A stretch of DNA of 64,000 nt from Thermoproteota archaeon. GTDB lineage: Archaea; Asgardarchaeota; Njordarchaeia; Njordarchaeales; Panguiarchaeaceae. The translations under genes were made by a program, and so were the position numbers. This document shows, in pieces, positions 1 to 9,530 of the stretch. The notes below the pieces were generated by a model that was not told the DNA's origin, did no database searches, and saw nothing but the letters and a program-made list of their open reading frames with translations. Where the stretch lies: positions 63,408 through 127,407 of the forward strand of contig JANJXX010000001.1 in NCBI GenBank assembly GCA_024720975.1, written 5' to 3'. The first letter of the stretch is position 1. Each line of letters begins with the position of its first letter.

Positions 1-1
1 T

Positions 2-490
2 ACGGATGCTATACAATGGTTACTCGACAACGGGTACAAGATACACTATGATATTATTAAGGGTTGGTGGAAAGATACCGGAAAACCCGAGGATCTTCTT
101 GAAGCACTGTACTTGATACTGGACAACATTGATAGAAACGTTAAGGGGACTATGGAGGAGGGCGCTGAGGTACTTGGTCGTGTTCACATAGGTGAGGGTA
201 CGATTATAAAATCAGGTGCTAGCATTCGCGGGCCCGCTTACATTGGTAGGAATTGTATCATTGGTTCAAACACGTTTATAGGACCATATACCTCAATTGA
301 AGACAATACAAAGATACTTGGTGGTGAAATTTCAAGCTCTCTAATACTTGATGACTGTTACATCGAACTCCATGAGGATGATAAGATAATTGATAGCATT
401 ATAGGTAGGGGTACTAAGATCACTAGGAGAATACATAAGAGGAGAGGATTCAAACTCATAATTGGAGAAACGAGCACGGTGGAGGTTTAG
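2..490 (+). CDS. rfbA: Glucose-1-phosphate thymidylyltransferase (long form with LbH domain), 5'-truncated by window edge
   Basis: Frame is open from base 2: TDAIQWLLDNGY...GWWKDTGKPEDLLEA, then hexapeptide repeats (IRGPAYIGRNCIIG...IGPYTSI). Confidence 0.85.
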   Translation, partial: TDAIQWLLDNGYKIHYDIIKGWWKDTGKPEDLLEALYLILDNIDRNVKGTMEEGAEVLGRVHIGEGTIIKSGASIRGPAYIGRNCIIGSNTFIGPYTSIEDNTKILGGEISSSLILDDCYIELHEDDKIIDSIIGRGTKITRRIHKRRGFKLIIGETSTVEV

Positions 491-569
491 AAACGCTATC
501 TCAGCTAATATTGAATAAGCACTCGTGCGGAAAGCCGAGAGTTACGAGAATTATCTTAGTACTCCAAAG

Positions 570-1292
570 CTAGACTATGCCTAGTGCTGATAGAATACGA
601 TACTTTATAATGAATAATACTATTCTTAGACCGTCTCTCAGATACCTTATCTTGCTTTTACCGGATCTTCGTTGAAAGTATCTTATAGGAATTTCAATAA
701 ATCTGAGCTTTCTTAGAGCCTCTAACTTTATCTCTGTCGAAAATTCCATGCCAAAACTGCTGAGTACAAGCTCGCTAAGAGACTTTCTCTTAAAACACCA
801 CATACCCGACTGCGTATCTCTTATCCTGAATCTAAATAACAGGAAGACGAATAAATTAATGAGCCTGTTTCCCAACATACGCGCACTACTGAATGCATAC
901 TTTTCAGTTTTTGCAAACCGATTTGAAGAAACAAAGTCCGCACCCCCCTTCTCAAGAGCTAAAAGCATTTTCGGGATTTCACTGGGAGGATACGTCATGT
1001 CAGCATCTAATGTTGCGATGACATCACCTTTAGCATACCTAAAACCGATCAAATATGCCAATCCATAGCCTCTTCTCCTAACCACTATAACCCTCGCCCC
1101 TTTATGCAGGGCAATATTAACAGTTCTATCTGTAGAACCTCCATCAACAACTATTACCTCAAATTCATAGCCCATTCTGCCGAGAATTTCTCTTGGAATG
1201 GCCTCTATTACCTTCCCGATCGTACTTTCCTCATTGAGAGTTGGAATTATTATTGATAGGAGAGGCATACTTTTGTTACCTCGTCTTCGCAA
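570..1292 (-). CDS. GT2 glycosyltransferase (DPM1-like polyprenol-phosphate glycosyltransferase)
   Basis: LSIIIPTLNEE, VVDGGSTDRT, GYGLA, LDADMTY, DTQSG, EIPI motifs. Confidence 0.9.
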   Translation of the reverse strand: MRRRGNKSMPLLSIIIPTLNEESTIGKVIEAIPREILGRMGYEFEVIVVDGGSTDRTVNIALHKGARVIVVRRRGYGLAYLIGFRYAKGDVIATLDADMTYPPSEIPKMLLALEKGGADFVSSNRFAKTEKYAFSSARMLGNRLINLFVFLLFRFRIRDTQSGMWCFKRKSLSELVLSSFGMEFSTEIKLEALRKLRFIEIPIRYFQRRSGKSKIRYLRDGLRIVLFIIKYRILSALGIV

Positions 1293-1473
1293 CGGTAAGT
1301 GTCAACATTTTAAGATGATAAAGGCTTTTAATTGACTATCTCCATTTAGCCAATCAATACTTGACAGTTAATAGAAACACAGACCGGTAGGAACACAACG
1401 AACGAAGCACTAAATTTCTAAACTAAAGCATATGTCGCAAAGTTCTACACACTAAAGAGAGTACGTTATCAAT

Positions 1474-3420
1474 TTAGTATATGCGCTTTATAGCTAAGAG
1501 GATATAAATTGGAGCTATGATGAATCTCGATTGTCTTTTCGTCTCTGGACCTACCCTAATTATATCATACTCTGAGCTGGACAACAGGTATTTATAAAAG
1601 CTGCTGTAGTTTTCCTGCGATGGGGAAAAACTGTGTCCATCTATTTCAGGCCAGCCTGCCAAGTAGAATACTAGGTAGTTTTCGGCTAAGTATGAGCTCA
1701 TTTCATCTAGCAGATACCTTATCGTATCATTATATATTCCCTTCTTTGAAAAGAATTCATACACGAAGAATATTGAGAAATCTGCTCTTAGTTTGTATTT
1801 ATAAAACGTAGCCGCCGCCTCGTAAGAAGTAAAAACGATTTTCTTTCCATGGAACTGGTTTATGTAAGTAAATACTTCCTCAAACTCTCTTGCCATGAGC
1901 TGGTCTGAATTATCCACTCTAACGCTTTCAGATTGCCAACTGGTAGCAGTTATAGCTGAATTCGATGCTGCTAGCATTACCATCAAAGTGAAGCTAATGA
2001 TAAACATTCGAGTGTACCTACTCAAACCATATTTAGATCTATGAGTTTGTTCTGTATTGTTGTATTTGCCAGAAGGAGCAAACACCATTGCATACATTGC
2101 TTTCGTTATGACAAATAGTTCTAGCAGAATTGATATGCAGAGGTATCGGGCTTGCCAGCCTTCATATGATGTAAAGAACAAGACATTGCTAAGCATGAGT
2201 AAAATAACATACATTCCAAAGAATCTTAAATCTTTCTTTCGCAGGAGGTCGATAATTCCCGTTACTAATATGCGAAATATAATCACGCCTAGTATTATGT
2301 TCATTGCAGATATCTTAAGTAATTCGAAAAGGAGAAATCTAAATGCGGTTCTACTTGGCGGGGAGTTTATTGCTGATGTTAGTATATAAAGCGTACCTGG
2401 AAGGTTTTCTATGAAGTATCGCCAACTAAATAATACTGCAACATTTGAACCCTGCCGAGCCCATTCAGGAAGTAATGTAATAGCTAAAACCAAAGAGGAA
2501 ATCCCCATGAGAGCTAGGTATGTAAATGCTATGACGAATCCCTTCAGATTTTTCGCACTAATGATGTAGCTCCATGTAAAGTATAAAAACAAAACTAGTA
2601 ATGTCGGCCCAACTATAACTACTATGTAATTAACTCTAAGAGTGATTACATACACAAGCAATATCCAAACAAGGAGAAAATCAGAGAGCCTGTGCTTTCC
2701 TGTGGTGATGTTATAAACTTTCAAGAGTAGAAGCGACAATACCAAAAGAAGAATCGGCTCATAACTAATTGTTCTAGATATTGCAACGAACATGGGATTC
2801 GCTATTACCAGCAGTCCAAACAGATAGAAGTATTTGGATTCCTTCTTCTCATAAACATTGACTTTATACCAGGTGTAAATTATTGCCACATATGCCAGAG
2901 CGCTATAAATGATTATCGCAATTTGCGAAGCTAGTTCGGTTGGCTGAAGTAGCATAAAAGGTATTAAAGCCAAACTTCCACCTGGAGCCGCTTTATGAAG
3001 AAAGGAGTATTTTTGATCATGAATAATTTCCAGAGCACCTGCCATCAGTTCATAGCTATCCATAATTGAAAAGTGCGAGTCGTCGATGTTTAGAACGTAA
3101 AGGATAATAAACAGAATTGATAGAACCGATATGGAGAAAGCTTTATCAGCGCTTTTGATGATTTTCCTCAGGTACCCAAAGAGGTCATTTAGGTATGAGA
3201 GCCTCATGAATGCAGCTAGTAAGAGAGCGGCCAACCCAACAACGATTATGTATAATACGAATTGGATAATATCTCTCGGTAATATCACTACTCGATCGTA
3301 GTCAAATGGGTATACGCCAGCTACCAAATAGTTTATTGCACCTAATGCCAAGAGGACATGAAGCATGATGAACAAGAAAAGTGCTGTTATGAAGTACTTC
3401 ACGTCGGTTTGCATTCTCAT
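1474..3420 (-). CDS. Polytopic membrane protein, probable GT-C fold (PMT/ArnT-like) glycosyltransferase
   Basis: Many TM segments, early luminal DS-Y motif, late RY motif, C-terminal soluble domain; lies between GT2 genes. Confidence 0.6.
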   Translation of the reverse strand: MRMQTDVKYFITALFLFIMLHVLLALGAINYLVAGVYPFDYDRVVILPRDIIQFVLYIIVVGLAALLLAAFMRLSYLNDLFGYLRKIIKSADKAFSISVLSILFIILYVLNIDDSHFSIMDSYELMAGALEIIHDQKYSFLHKAAPGGSLALIPFMLLQPTELASQIAIIIYSALAYVAIIYTWYKVNVYEKKESKYFYLFGLLVIANPMFVAISRTISYEPILLLVLSLLLLKVYNITTGKHRLSDFLLVWILLVYVITLRVNYIVVIVGPTLLVLFLYFTWSYIISAKNLKGFVIAFTYLALMGISSLVLAITLLPEWARQGSNVAVLFSWRYFIENLPGTLYILTSAINSPPSRTAFRFLLFELLKISAMNIILGVIIFRILVTGIIDLLRKKDLRFFGMYVILLMLSNVLFFTSYEGWQARYLCISILLELFVITKAMYAMVFAPSGKYNNTEQTHRSKYGLSRYTRMFIISFTLMVMLAASNSAITATSWQSESVRVDNSDQLMAREFEEVFTYINQFHGKKIVFTSYEAAATFYKYKLRADFSIFFVYEFFSKKGIYNDTIRYLLDEMSSYLAENYLVFYLAGWPEIDGHSFSPSQENYSSFYKYLLSSSEYDIIRVGPETKRQSRFIIAPIYILLAIKRIY

Positions 3421-3570
3421 GGACTAAACCACACAGAAGCATTTCGAAGGGCACGCTTATGGTTCATTTTCAAAAAGATTTTACTATTAAAAATTCTGAG
3501 CTAAAACGGAGTCCAATCTAACATGGTAAAAATAAAAGAAGCTTAGCTTGTTGAAATTCATAGAGAACTT

Positions 3571-4524
3571 ATGCAGGGAACTTCTATGGATGCGATAGAT
3601 ATAAGTATAGTTATACCCACACTCAATGAGGAGCGAAACATATCTGAAACTTTAAGTGGAGTGTTGAATCAGGTTAGAAACGTAGAGCTGGCGAATGGAA
3701 GGAAGCTCTCGGTGAATCTTGAGATAATTGTTATTGATTCAGGATCTACTGATAGAACCGTAGAGATTGTTAGAGAGTTTCAAAGGAGATATTCTAATAT
3801 CAAGCTGGTTACTCTAAATTTCTTCCATCACAGTTTAACTAGAAATCTCGGTGCTAAATTATCTGGGGGCGAAATTATAGTGTTTCTTAATGCTGATGCA
3901 AGACCTGCTAATAACATGTGGCTGGCGAACTTAGTGAAACCAGTACTATCTGTGGCCGAGGCCAGCTTTTCAAGACAAGTTCCTAAGGATAAATTATTCC
4001 ATTTCGAGTATTTCAGAATTCTAGCCAGCTATCCTCATGAGTCATCTATTATCAACAGGAAAAATTACGCCAGTTTTGTTATGAAGCATGGAGTATTGTT
4101 CTCGACAGTCTCTTGTGCGATAAGGCGAGATATATTCTTTGAGCTAGGCGGCTTTGATCCGAAGGTGCCCATAAATGAGGATCTAGAATTCGCAATAAAG
4201 CTCCTTAAGAGAAATCTTAAAATAGCTTATGTTGCCGAGTCTACTGTGGAACACAGCCATTTTCTAGGCAGACTAGATGTAACTAAGAGGTATTTTAAGT
4301 TCGGCCTGGGCCAGAGCGTCATTCGTAGGATCCATAAAGATTTTCCATTAAAAAGTGGCATCAAGCTACTAGTGAGGATATTAAGATTACTTCCTCATCA
4401 AATTCAATCAGGAGCTTTAAAGTATCGAAGACACCTTCTGGTAGAATTTGTTGATTTGTTACTTTTACTCTTTATGGCATCATTAGCCTTTATACTTGGT
4501 TCCAAACTCGTAAGGACAAGATAG
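3571..4524 (+). CDS. GT2 glycosyltransferase (rhamnosyltransferase-like)
   Basis: ISIVIPTLNEE, IDSGSTDRT, TRNLGA, FLNADA, GGFD...EDLE, VEHSH. Confidence 0.88.
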   Translation: MQGTSMDAIDISIVIPTLNEERNISETLSGVLNQVRNVELANGRKLSVNLEIIVIDSGSTDRTVEIVREFQRRYSNIKLVTLNFFHHSLTRNLGAKLSGGEIIVFLNADARPANNMWLANLVKPVLSVAEASFSRQVPKDKLFHFEYFRILASYPHESSIINRKNYASFVMKHGVLFSTVSCAIRRDIFFELGGFDPKVPINEDLEFAIKLLKRNLKIAYVAESTVEHSHFLGRLDVTKRYFKFGLGQSVIRRIHKDFPLKSGIKLLVRILRLLPHQIQSGALKYRRHLLVEFVDLLLLLFMASLAFILGSKLVRTR

Positions 4525-4646
4525 CCAGAAGCATTTGCATGCTCGCCACAATGGTACTCGTAGCTTTGTTGCTAGTTGGAAATAAAATGAGAGAACTTCA
4601 CAAACCTCATCTGGCTATTATAAATCCTCTAGTCAGCTGAACCAAA

Positions 4647-5117
4647 TCAATCTATTGGACCTACGTCTGGATATCCTTGTCTGAGACCCTTGCCGGACCA
4701 TTTCGTAAGATATGTTGGGTCCTTTATAACGTGGATTAGATTTCTAGCGTGCTTTCTAGCTCTGTCAATGGCGATCTTCTTTAATTCTTTAGGATCTTCA
4801 CTCTCTTCTTCATGAACTGTAACGTCAATTATAGGCTTACTAGTCAATATTCCAACAAGCATTATGCCTACACTATATGCGACATAACTTAGCTTATCAA
4901 CAAACTCCTTGCCAACCCATCCCAGAACTATTAGTCCATCACAATTATGGAAGTCTATAATTCTCTTTGCAGCTCCAGGAATATCTTTAATACCAGGAAC
5001 AGTCCATCTAATTATCTCCGCTTGTGGTTCTAATTTTCTTATCTCTTCAATAACCACGCTAGCCATATCAACTCTAGCAAATGTCGTATCAATTATGCCT
5101 ATTTTTAACCTACTCAC
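4647..5117 (-). CDS. ribC: Archaeal riboflavin synthase
   Basis: KIGIIDTTFARVDM, TVPGIKDIP, DVTVHEEE, GKGLRQG. Confidence 0.95.
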   Translation of the reverse strand: MSRLKIGIIDTTFARVDMASVVIEEIRKLEPQAEIIRWTVPGIKDIPGAAKRIIDFHNCDGLIVLGWVGKEFVDKLSYVAYSVGIMLVGILTSKPIIDVTVHEEESEDPKELKKIAIDRARKHARNLIHVIKDPTYLTKWSGKGLRQGYPDVGPID

Positions 5118-5826
5118 TTGAGAACCTCCTCCTGTAGGCGTTAACTATTTCCTCCCCTGTCAGAAGAACTAGATCATGTCTCCTCGCATATTCCTTTGCG
5201 TCTTCAAGTCTAAGTGAATTACCATCATCTCCCAACATCTCAGCAATAACAGTGCATGGAGTTAAGTCTCCAAGGCGAGCTAATGCTATGGACAGCTCTG
5301 TATGACCGACTCTCTCGAGAACGAGACCATTTGCTGCGCGCAAAAGAAAAACATGACCAGGTGATCGAAATTCATTCATAAAACTCTCTCGGAGTTTCTT
5401 AGCATCGATTTTTCCAGACCAAAAGTCTCTGCATAGTCGACCAAATGAGGAAATTGTAAGTGCTCTATCTCTATCAGAAATGCCAGTGAATGTATTCACA
5501 TGATTTATACTTATTGAGAATGAGGATTTTTCGTCGTAAGGCAGAGGCTTTGTATAAATTGCTTCCAAATTATTTGCATGAAGTTTAAGTAGATCGCGCA
5601 GAAATGGTAACCCAAGCGCATTAGCTATCTCATCACAAACAGCAACGCATATTAGCCCTCCAGCATCCTTTCGAAGAATCTGGACACTTTTGTAATCAAC
5701 AACTTCTGCTAAAAAGACGATATCCGTTTCTCTTTCTCTATTCTCAAAATCGAAGATTAGAACCGGGCGCCCATTTTTTAAATCTTTAATCGCACGGAAA
5801 ATTTTATCATGCATCCCAACCAACAC
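5110..5826 (-). CDS. ribB: 3,4-dihydroxy-2-butanone-4-phosphate synthase
   Basis: RERETD, DAGGLIC, TFTGISDRDRALTI, FRSPGHV, GHTE. Confidence 0.95.
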   Translation of the reverse strand: MLVGMHDKIFRAIKDLKNGRPVLIFDFENRERETDIVFLAEVVDYKSVQILRKDAGGLICVAVCDEIANALGLPFLRDLLKLHANNLEAIYTKPLPYDEKSSFSISINHVNTFTGISDRDRALTISSFGRLCRDFWSGKIDAKKLRESFMNEFRSPGHVFLLRAANGLVLERVGHTELSIALARLGDLTPCTVIAEMLGDDGNSLRLEDAKEYARRHDLVLLTGEEIVNAYRRRFSSE

Positions 5827-5875
5827 TAAAAAATGATGAAGCTAAATGCACATCAAAAATTACATGTTTGCTAGT

Positions 5876-6109
5876 TTACTCTATTCTAATAGCTTGCACT
5901 GGGCAGTTCTCTGCGGCAGTTTTAGCGCAGTCAAGTAAATCAGCAGGTATTTCCCCTTTGGCCATGTCATTTCCTACTCTGAATCGCTCTATGACGGCGC
6001 TTTTGCTATCTGTGGGATCAAGCATGAATACGTCTGCGCACAAGGCTGCGCATACGCCACATGAGATGCAGGCATCGCGATCTATCCTTACCACTGGCAT
6101 TTGTATCAA
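5876..6109 (-). CDS. fdx: Monocluster ferredoxin
   Basis: CISCGVCAALC...AAENCPVQAI. Confidence 0.93.
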   Translation of the reverse strand: MIQMPVVRIDRDACISCGVCAALCADVFMLDPTDSKSAVIERFRVGNDMAKGEIPADLLDCAKTAAENCPVQAIRIE

Positions 6110-6397
6110 CTCCTTAGTAATTTGACTATAAGAGATGAACAGTTACGAAATATTTTTAATAAGACCTGGTTAATACATGCTGCATAACCAGGTGGTCCGC
6201 TAGACCAAAATTCTAGGCAGCCGCCGCTGCGATTAGGCTCGATGGATCCTGCATTGAGACGCATTACATACCTCAGAACGGCAGTCCTAAGCTTCGAGTG
6301 CATATGAGTGCTGTTGAATCCACACTTATAGTTATTGTGTATAAAATCAGTAAAAAGCAGAGATTATAATGAGCTCATATTCTCGAGGGTATCTTGA

Positions 6398-7360
6398 TTG
6401 ATTGGCATTTTAGGCGTCGGAAGATGGGGACAAAATCATATAAAGGCTCTAGCTAAGTTAAGAGTAGAGGGCGTCATTGATGATTTCATTATAATAGATG
6501 TCAACAAGGAAACGCTAGAGAACTTCTCAAAAAAATATAACTGTGCAGGTTATGAATCAATGAGCGAAGCTCTTAAGGCTGAGGAATTAGATGGTCTAAT
6601 CATTGCAACACCAACACGATTGCATTATAAACATGCAAAAGAAGCTCTAGAACAGGGATTGCATGTACTGGTAGAAAAGCCAATTGCCACAACAAGTGAG
6701 GAGGCATTGGAATTAATCAATATCGCTAAGGAGAACAATAGAGTGCTTATGACGGGCTTTTTACTTAGGTATAGTCCGGCTGTCCAATACATTAAAGACA
6801 CCCTCATGAAAGAACCAAATTATTTCGGTAACATATTGGCCATTCTAGCTAAAAGAATAAATCCCCGGCAGGCTAGAGAATATGATGTTGGCGTGATTAA
6901 AGATCTTGTGATACATGATATTGATCTTGTATCGTATATGTTCGAAGCAACACCACGAAGCGCTTATGCTTATACAAGAAAGCAGGAGTCTACATTCGAA
7001 ACCTTCGCAACCGGGTTTGTTGAATATGAAAGCACATATGACAAGCTAGTCTTAATATTCGAGGCAAGTTTCCTATCACCACAAAAGTTTCGAGATTGGA
7101 TGATTTTAGGGGTTGAGAAAGCAGCGCAGTTGGATTTAATGGAACACAAAGTTAAAATATATACACGAACGGATACCTTGAACCCGAGCATACCAACGGA
7201 AGCGGATGTATTATACAGACAAGACAGAAATTTTGTGGAGGCAATTCAAGGCAAGGCTGCACCTTTGGTTACTGGTCTAGACGGGTACAGGGCACTAAAA
7301 GTATGCGAGGCATTGCTTCAGTCAGCAGAAAAAGCATGCACAATCAGAATCACATTTTAA
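6398..7360 (+). CDS. Gfo/Idh/MocA family oxidoreductase
   Basis: GVGRWG, ATPTRLH, HVLVEKP, DLVIHDID. Confidence 0.93.
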   Translation: MIGILGVGRWGQNHIKALAKLRVEGVIDDFIIIDVNKETLENFSKKYNCAGYESMSEALKAEELDGLIIATPTRLHYKHAKEALEQGLHVLVEKPIATTSEEALELINIAKENNRVLMTGFLLRYSPAVQYIKDTLMKEPNYFGNILAILAKRINPRQAREYDVGVIKDLVIHDIDLVSYMFEATPRSAYAYTRKQESTFETFATGFVEYESTYDKLVLIFEASFLSPQKFRDWMILGVEKAAQLDLMEHKVKIYTRTDTLNPSIPTEADVLYRQDRNFVEAIQGKAAPLVTGLDGYRALKVCEALLQSAEKACTIRITF

Positions 7361-7422
7361 TCCTCCCCAGATTACCGGAATGGTTTTCCTCTTGCTATTG
7401 ATAAAATCTTCGGGAGATAATA

Positions 7423-8145
7423 ATGCTGCCGGACAGTATTATTGAATACGTTCATTTGCTTAAACTCATTCGAGGTGTTCTTCTCGCAAGCTCGGGTATT
7501 AATCGCGAGGAGAAAGACTGGCTGCGAAGAGCCATTCGCTGGAGGCCGGTTGGCGCTGGTAGTGAAACCGGAAAAATTTTAAAGAGGTCCGGGTTTAGCT
7601 CGAAGAAGGTGTTATCTCTAGTATATGCCTTCCAAAGCCACAAGAAACTTGGGTCACTTCTTGAAGAATGTGGAATCAGTAAGGAAATCTCTGAGGCTCT
7701 TATCCTCTCTTCTACGTACATAGCTCCATTGATTATTCTAGATCAAGAGTCCCTGAGTAATCTTTCTAGAAGGGGGCTGATAATCTCTGACGTTAAGTCT
7801 GATACTAGAATTAAGGATAAGACTATTAAACTCCACTTACGCATCGCAGAGTATTCAATGAAAGATGAGTTCCTAAGCCTTATACATCGTGCTAGAAGTG
7901 CCATTATAAAAAATCAAATTGACGATGAACTTGTATATAGAAGAAACTTCTGTGAGAAAGACGTAAGAAGATACTGGAGAATTAACCGCTCGCGGGGGAA
8001 GCCTATTGTAATTTATGTAGATCCTTTAAGAGCATTAAGTACTAAGGCTGATGAGCTAAGAGAGATCATTTCTACAAGTGAAGAGGCCGTCCTCGGACTT
8101 GGTATTTGTGTTGGTATTTGCTTGCCAAACATGATAAAACAGTGA
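7423..8145 (+). CDS. Hypothetical protein
   Basis: 240-aa ORF with SD-like GGGAG upstream; no recognised motif. Confidence 0.7.
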   Translation: MLPDSIIEYVHLLKLIRGVLLASSGINREEKDWLRRAIRWRPVGAGSETGKILKRSGFSSKKVLSLVYAFQSHKKLGSLLEECGISKEISEALILSSTYIAPLIILDQESLSNLSRRGLIISDVKSDTRIKDKTIKLHLRIAEYSMKDEFLSLIHRARSAIIKNQIDDELVYRRNFCEKDVRRYWRINRSRGKPIVIYVDPLRALSTKADELREIISTSEEAVLGLGICVGICLPNMIKQ

Positions 8146-8163
8146 TAGTAAAAAATAACAATC

Positions 8164-9453
8164 TTACTTCGAAAGCTCGTTCCTAAGCTCTAGTGCCGGC
8201 CTGAATTCTGGATCTAAGCTCAATGCTTTTTCTATGTACTTTAATGCATCTTTTGTTTTTCCAATTTTAGCCATAAACTTTGCCCTCATATACCAGGACT
8301 TAGGATCGCTAGGCAGTAACTTAGTTATCATCTCGTAACATTGTGAAGCCATCACGTGCTCTCCTCTTTTCTCGTAGATCTCAGCCATCTTCAACCATGC
8401 ATCCAACTGAGTCATGTCAACCTTAATGACTTTCTCGAGCAATTGTAATGCCTCGTCTTCCTTACCTTGTTTTAGTAAAATTTCAGCTTCAAGGAGACGA
8501 TACAATGGTTGTTCGGGATCGCTTTCAATAGCTCTACTAAGGACGCGAACCGCCTCATCAAGTTTATTAAGTTTGCTAATAAGTGTCCTGATATACTTTG
8601 AGAATACCTTTCTGTTTTCTGGTTCTAGCTCAAGTATTTGTCTATATATGGCAGCTTCTCCCTCGTAATCGCCTCTCATCCCAAGGAGCTCAGCTTTATA
8701 TTCCAGTGCACATGTGTCTTTGGGATCCATTTCTAGGACTTTATCATAACATTTAATGGCTTCATCAATCATCTTAGCTTCTTCTGCCGCCTTTGCTTTC
8801 CAGATCCAAAACATTTTTCGAGTCGGATCTATCTCTATAAGAACATCATAAGATTCTACTGCTTCGCTATATCTTCCAATCTTTTTAAGTACACCTACCC
8901 TCTTGTTCCACGCAAAAATATCCTCGGGAGACAGTCTAATAACTTTGTCGAATGTTTTCAATGCATTTTCAAAATCATTTAGCTTCTCATACATATGAGC
9001 CAGTGCGTACCAAGCTGATGGAAAGGATTCATCGGCTTCTGTTGCTTCGATATATTTCTTTTTAGCCTCTTCGAATTTTTTCTCAGCCTCTAGCTCCCCG
9101 CCAATTCTAACGAGGTCATCAGCTCTCCTAGACATTTCTCTTGCCTTAATTGTTAATTCTACTCCTTTTTCTCTATCACCCAACCTCTCATATATATCTC
9201 CTAACAATGCCCAGGCCCTTGAGAAGCTAGGGTGTTCCCTTGTAATTTCATTTAGGAGTTCAACAGCTTCCTTTAATCTATTCGACTCTACATAGAAGCG
9301 ACTTAAATAATACTTTGCCTCATAGTAATCATTGTCAAGTCTAATAGCTTCTACAATACTCTCTATAGCCTTCGCTAGATCTCCTTTATTTGCACTTGAA
9401 AGCCCTTTTAGGACTAATTTTATAGATTCTGCAGATATTCCTCCTATCTCCAA
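8164..9453 (-). CDS. Tetratricopeptide repeat protein
   Basis: About 11-12 TPR-like units (AW..LA..Y..L..FE.AL..FDKVI.L.P). Confidence 0.93.
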   Translation of the reverse strand: MEIGGISAESIKLVLKGLSSANKGDLAKAIESIVEAIRLDNDYYEAKYYLSRFYVESNRLKEAVELLNEITREHPSFSRAWALLGDIYERLGDREKGVELTIKAREMSRRADDLVRIGGELEAEKKFEEAKKKYIEATEADESFPSAWYALAHMYEKLNDFENALKTFDKVIRLSPEDIFAWNKRVGVLKKIGRYSEAVESYDVLIEIDPTRKMFWIWKAKAAEEAKMIDEAIKCYDKVLEMDPKDTCALEYKAELLGMRGDYEGEAAIYRQILELEPENRKVFSKYIRTLISKLNKLDEAVRVLSRAIESDPEQPLYRLLEAEILLKQGKEDEALQLLEKVIKVDMTQLDAWLKMAEIYEKRGEHVMASQCYEMITKLLPSDPKSWYMRAKFMAKIGKTKDALKYIEKALSLDPEFRPALELRNELSK

Positions 9454-9530
9454 CTGAAGTCACCCAATAATTCACGCCAATTTTTATTCTTTTATTAGAT
9501 AAAGTATGGGACTTCTACTATTGTTAATAT

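Noticed and set aside
6106-6303. 65-aa ORF upstream of ferredoxin
   Set aside because: Atypical composition; it overlaps hairpins and the probable promoter.
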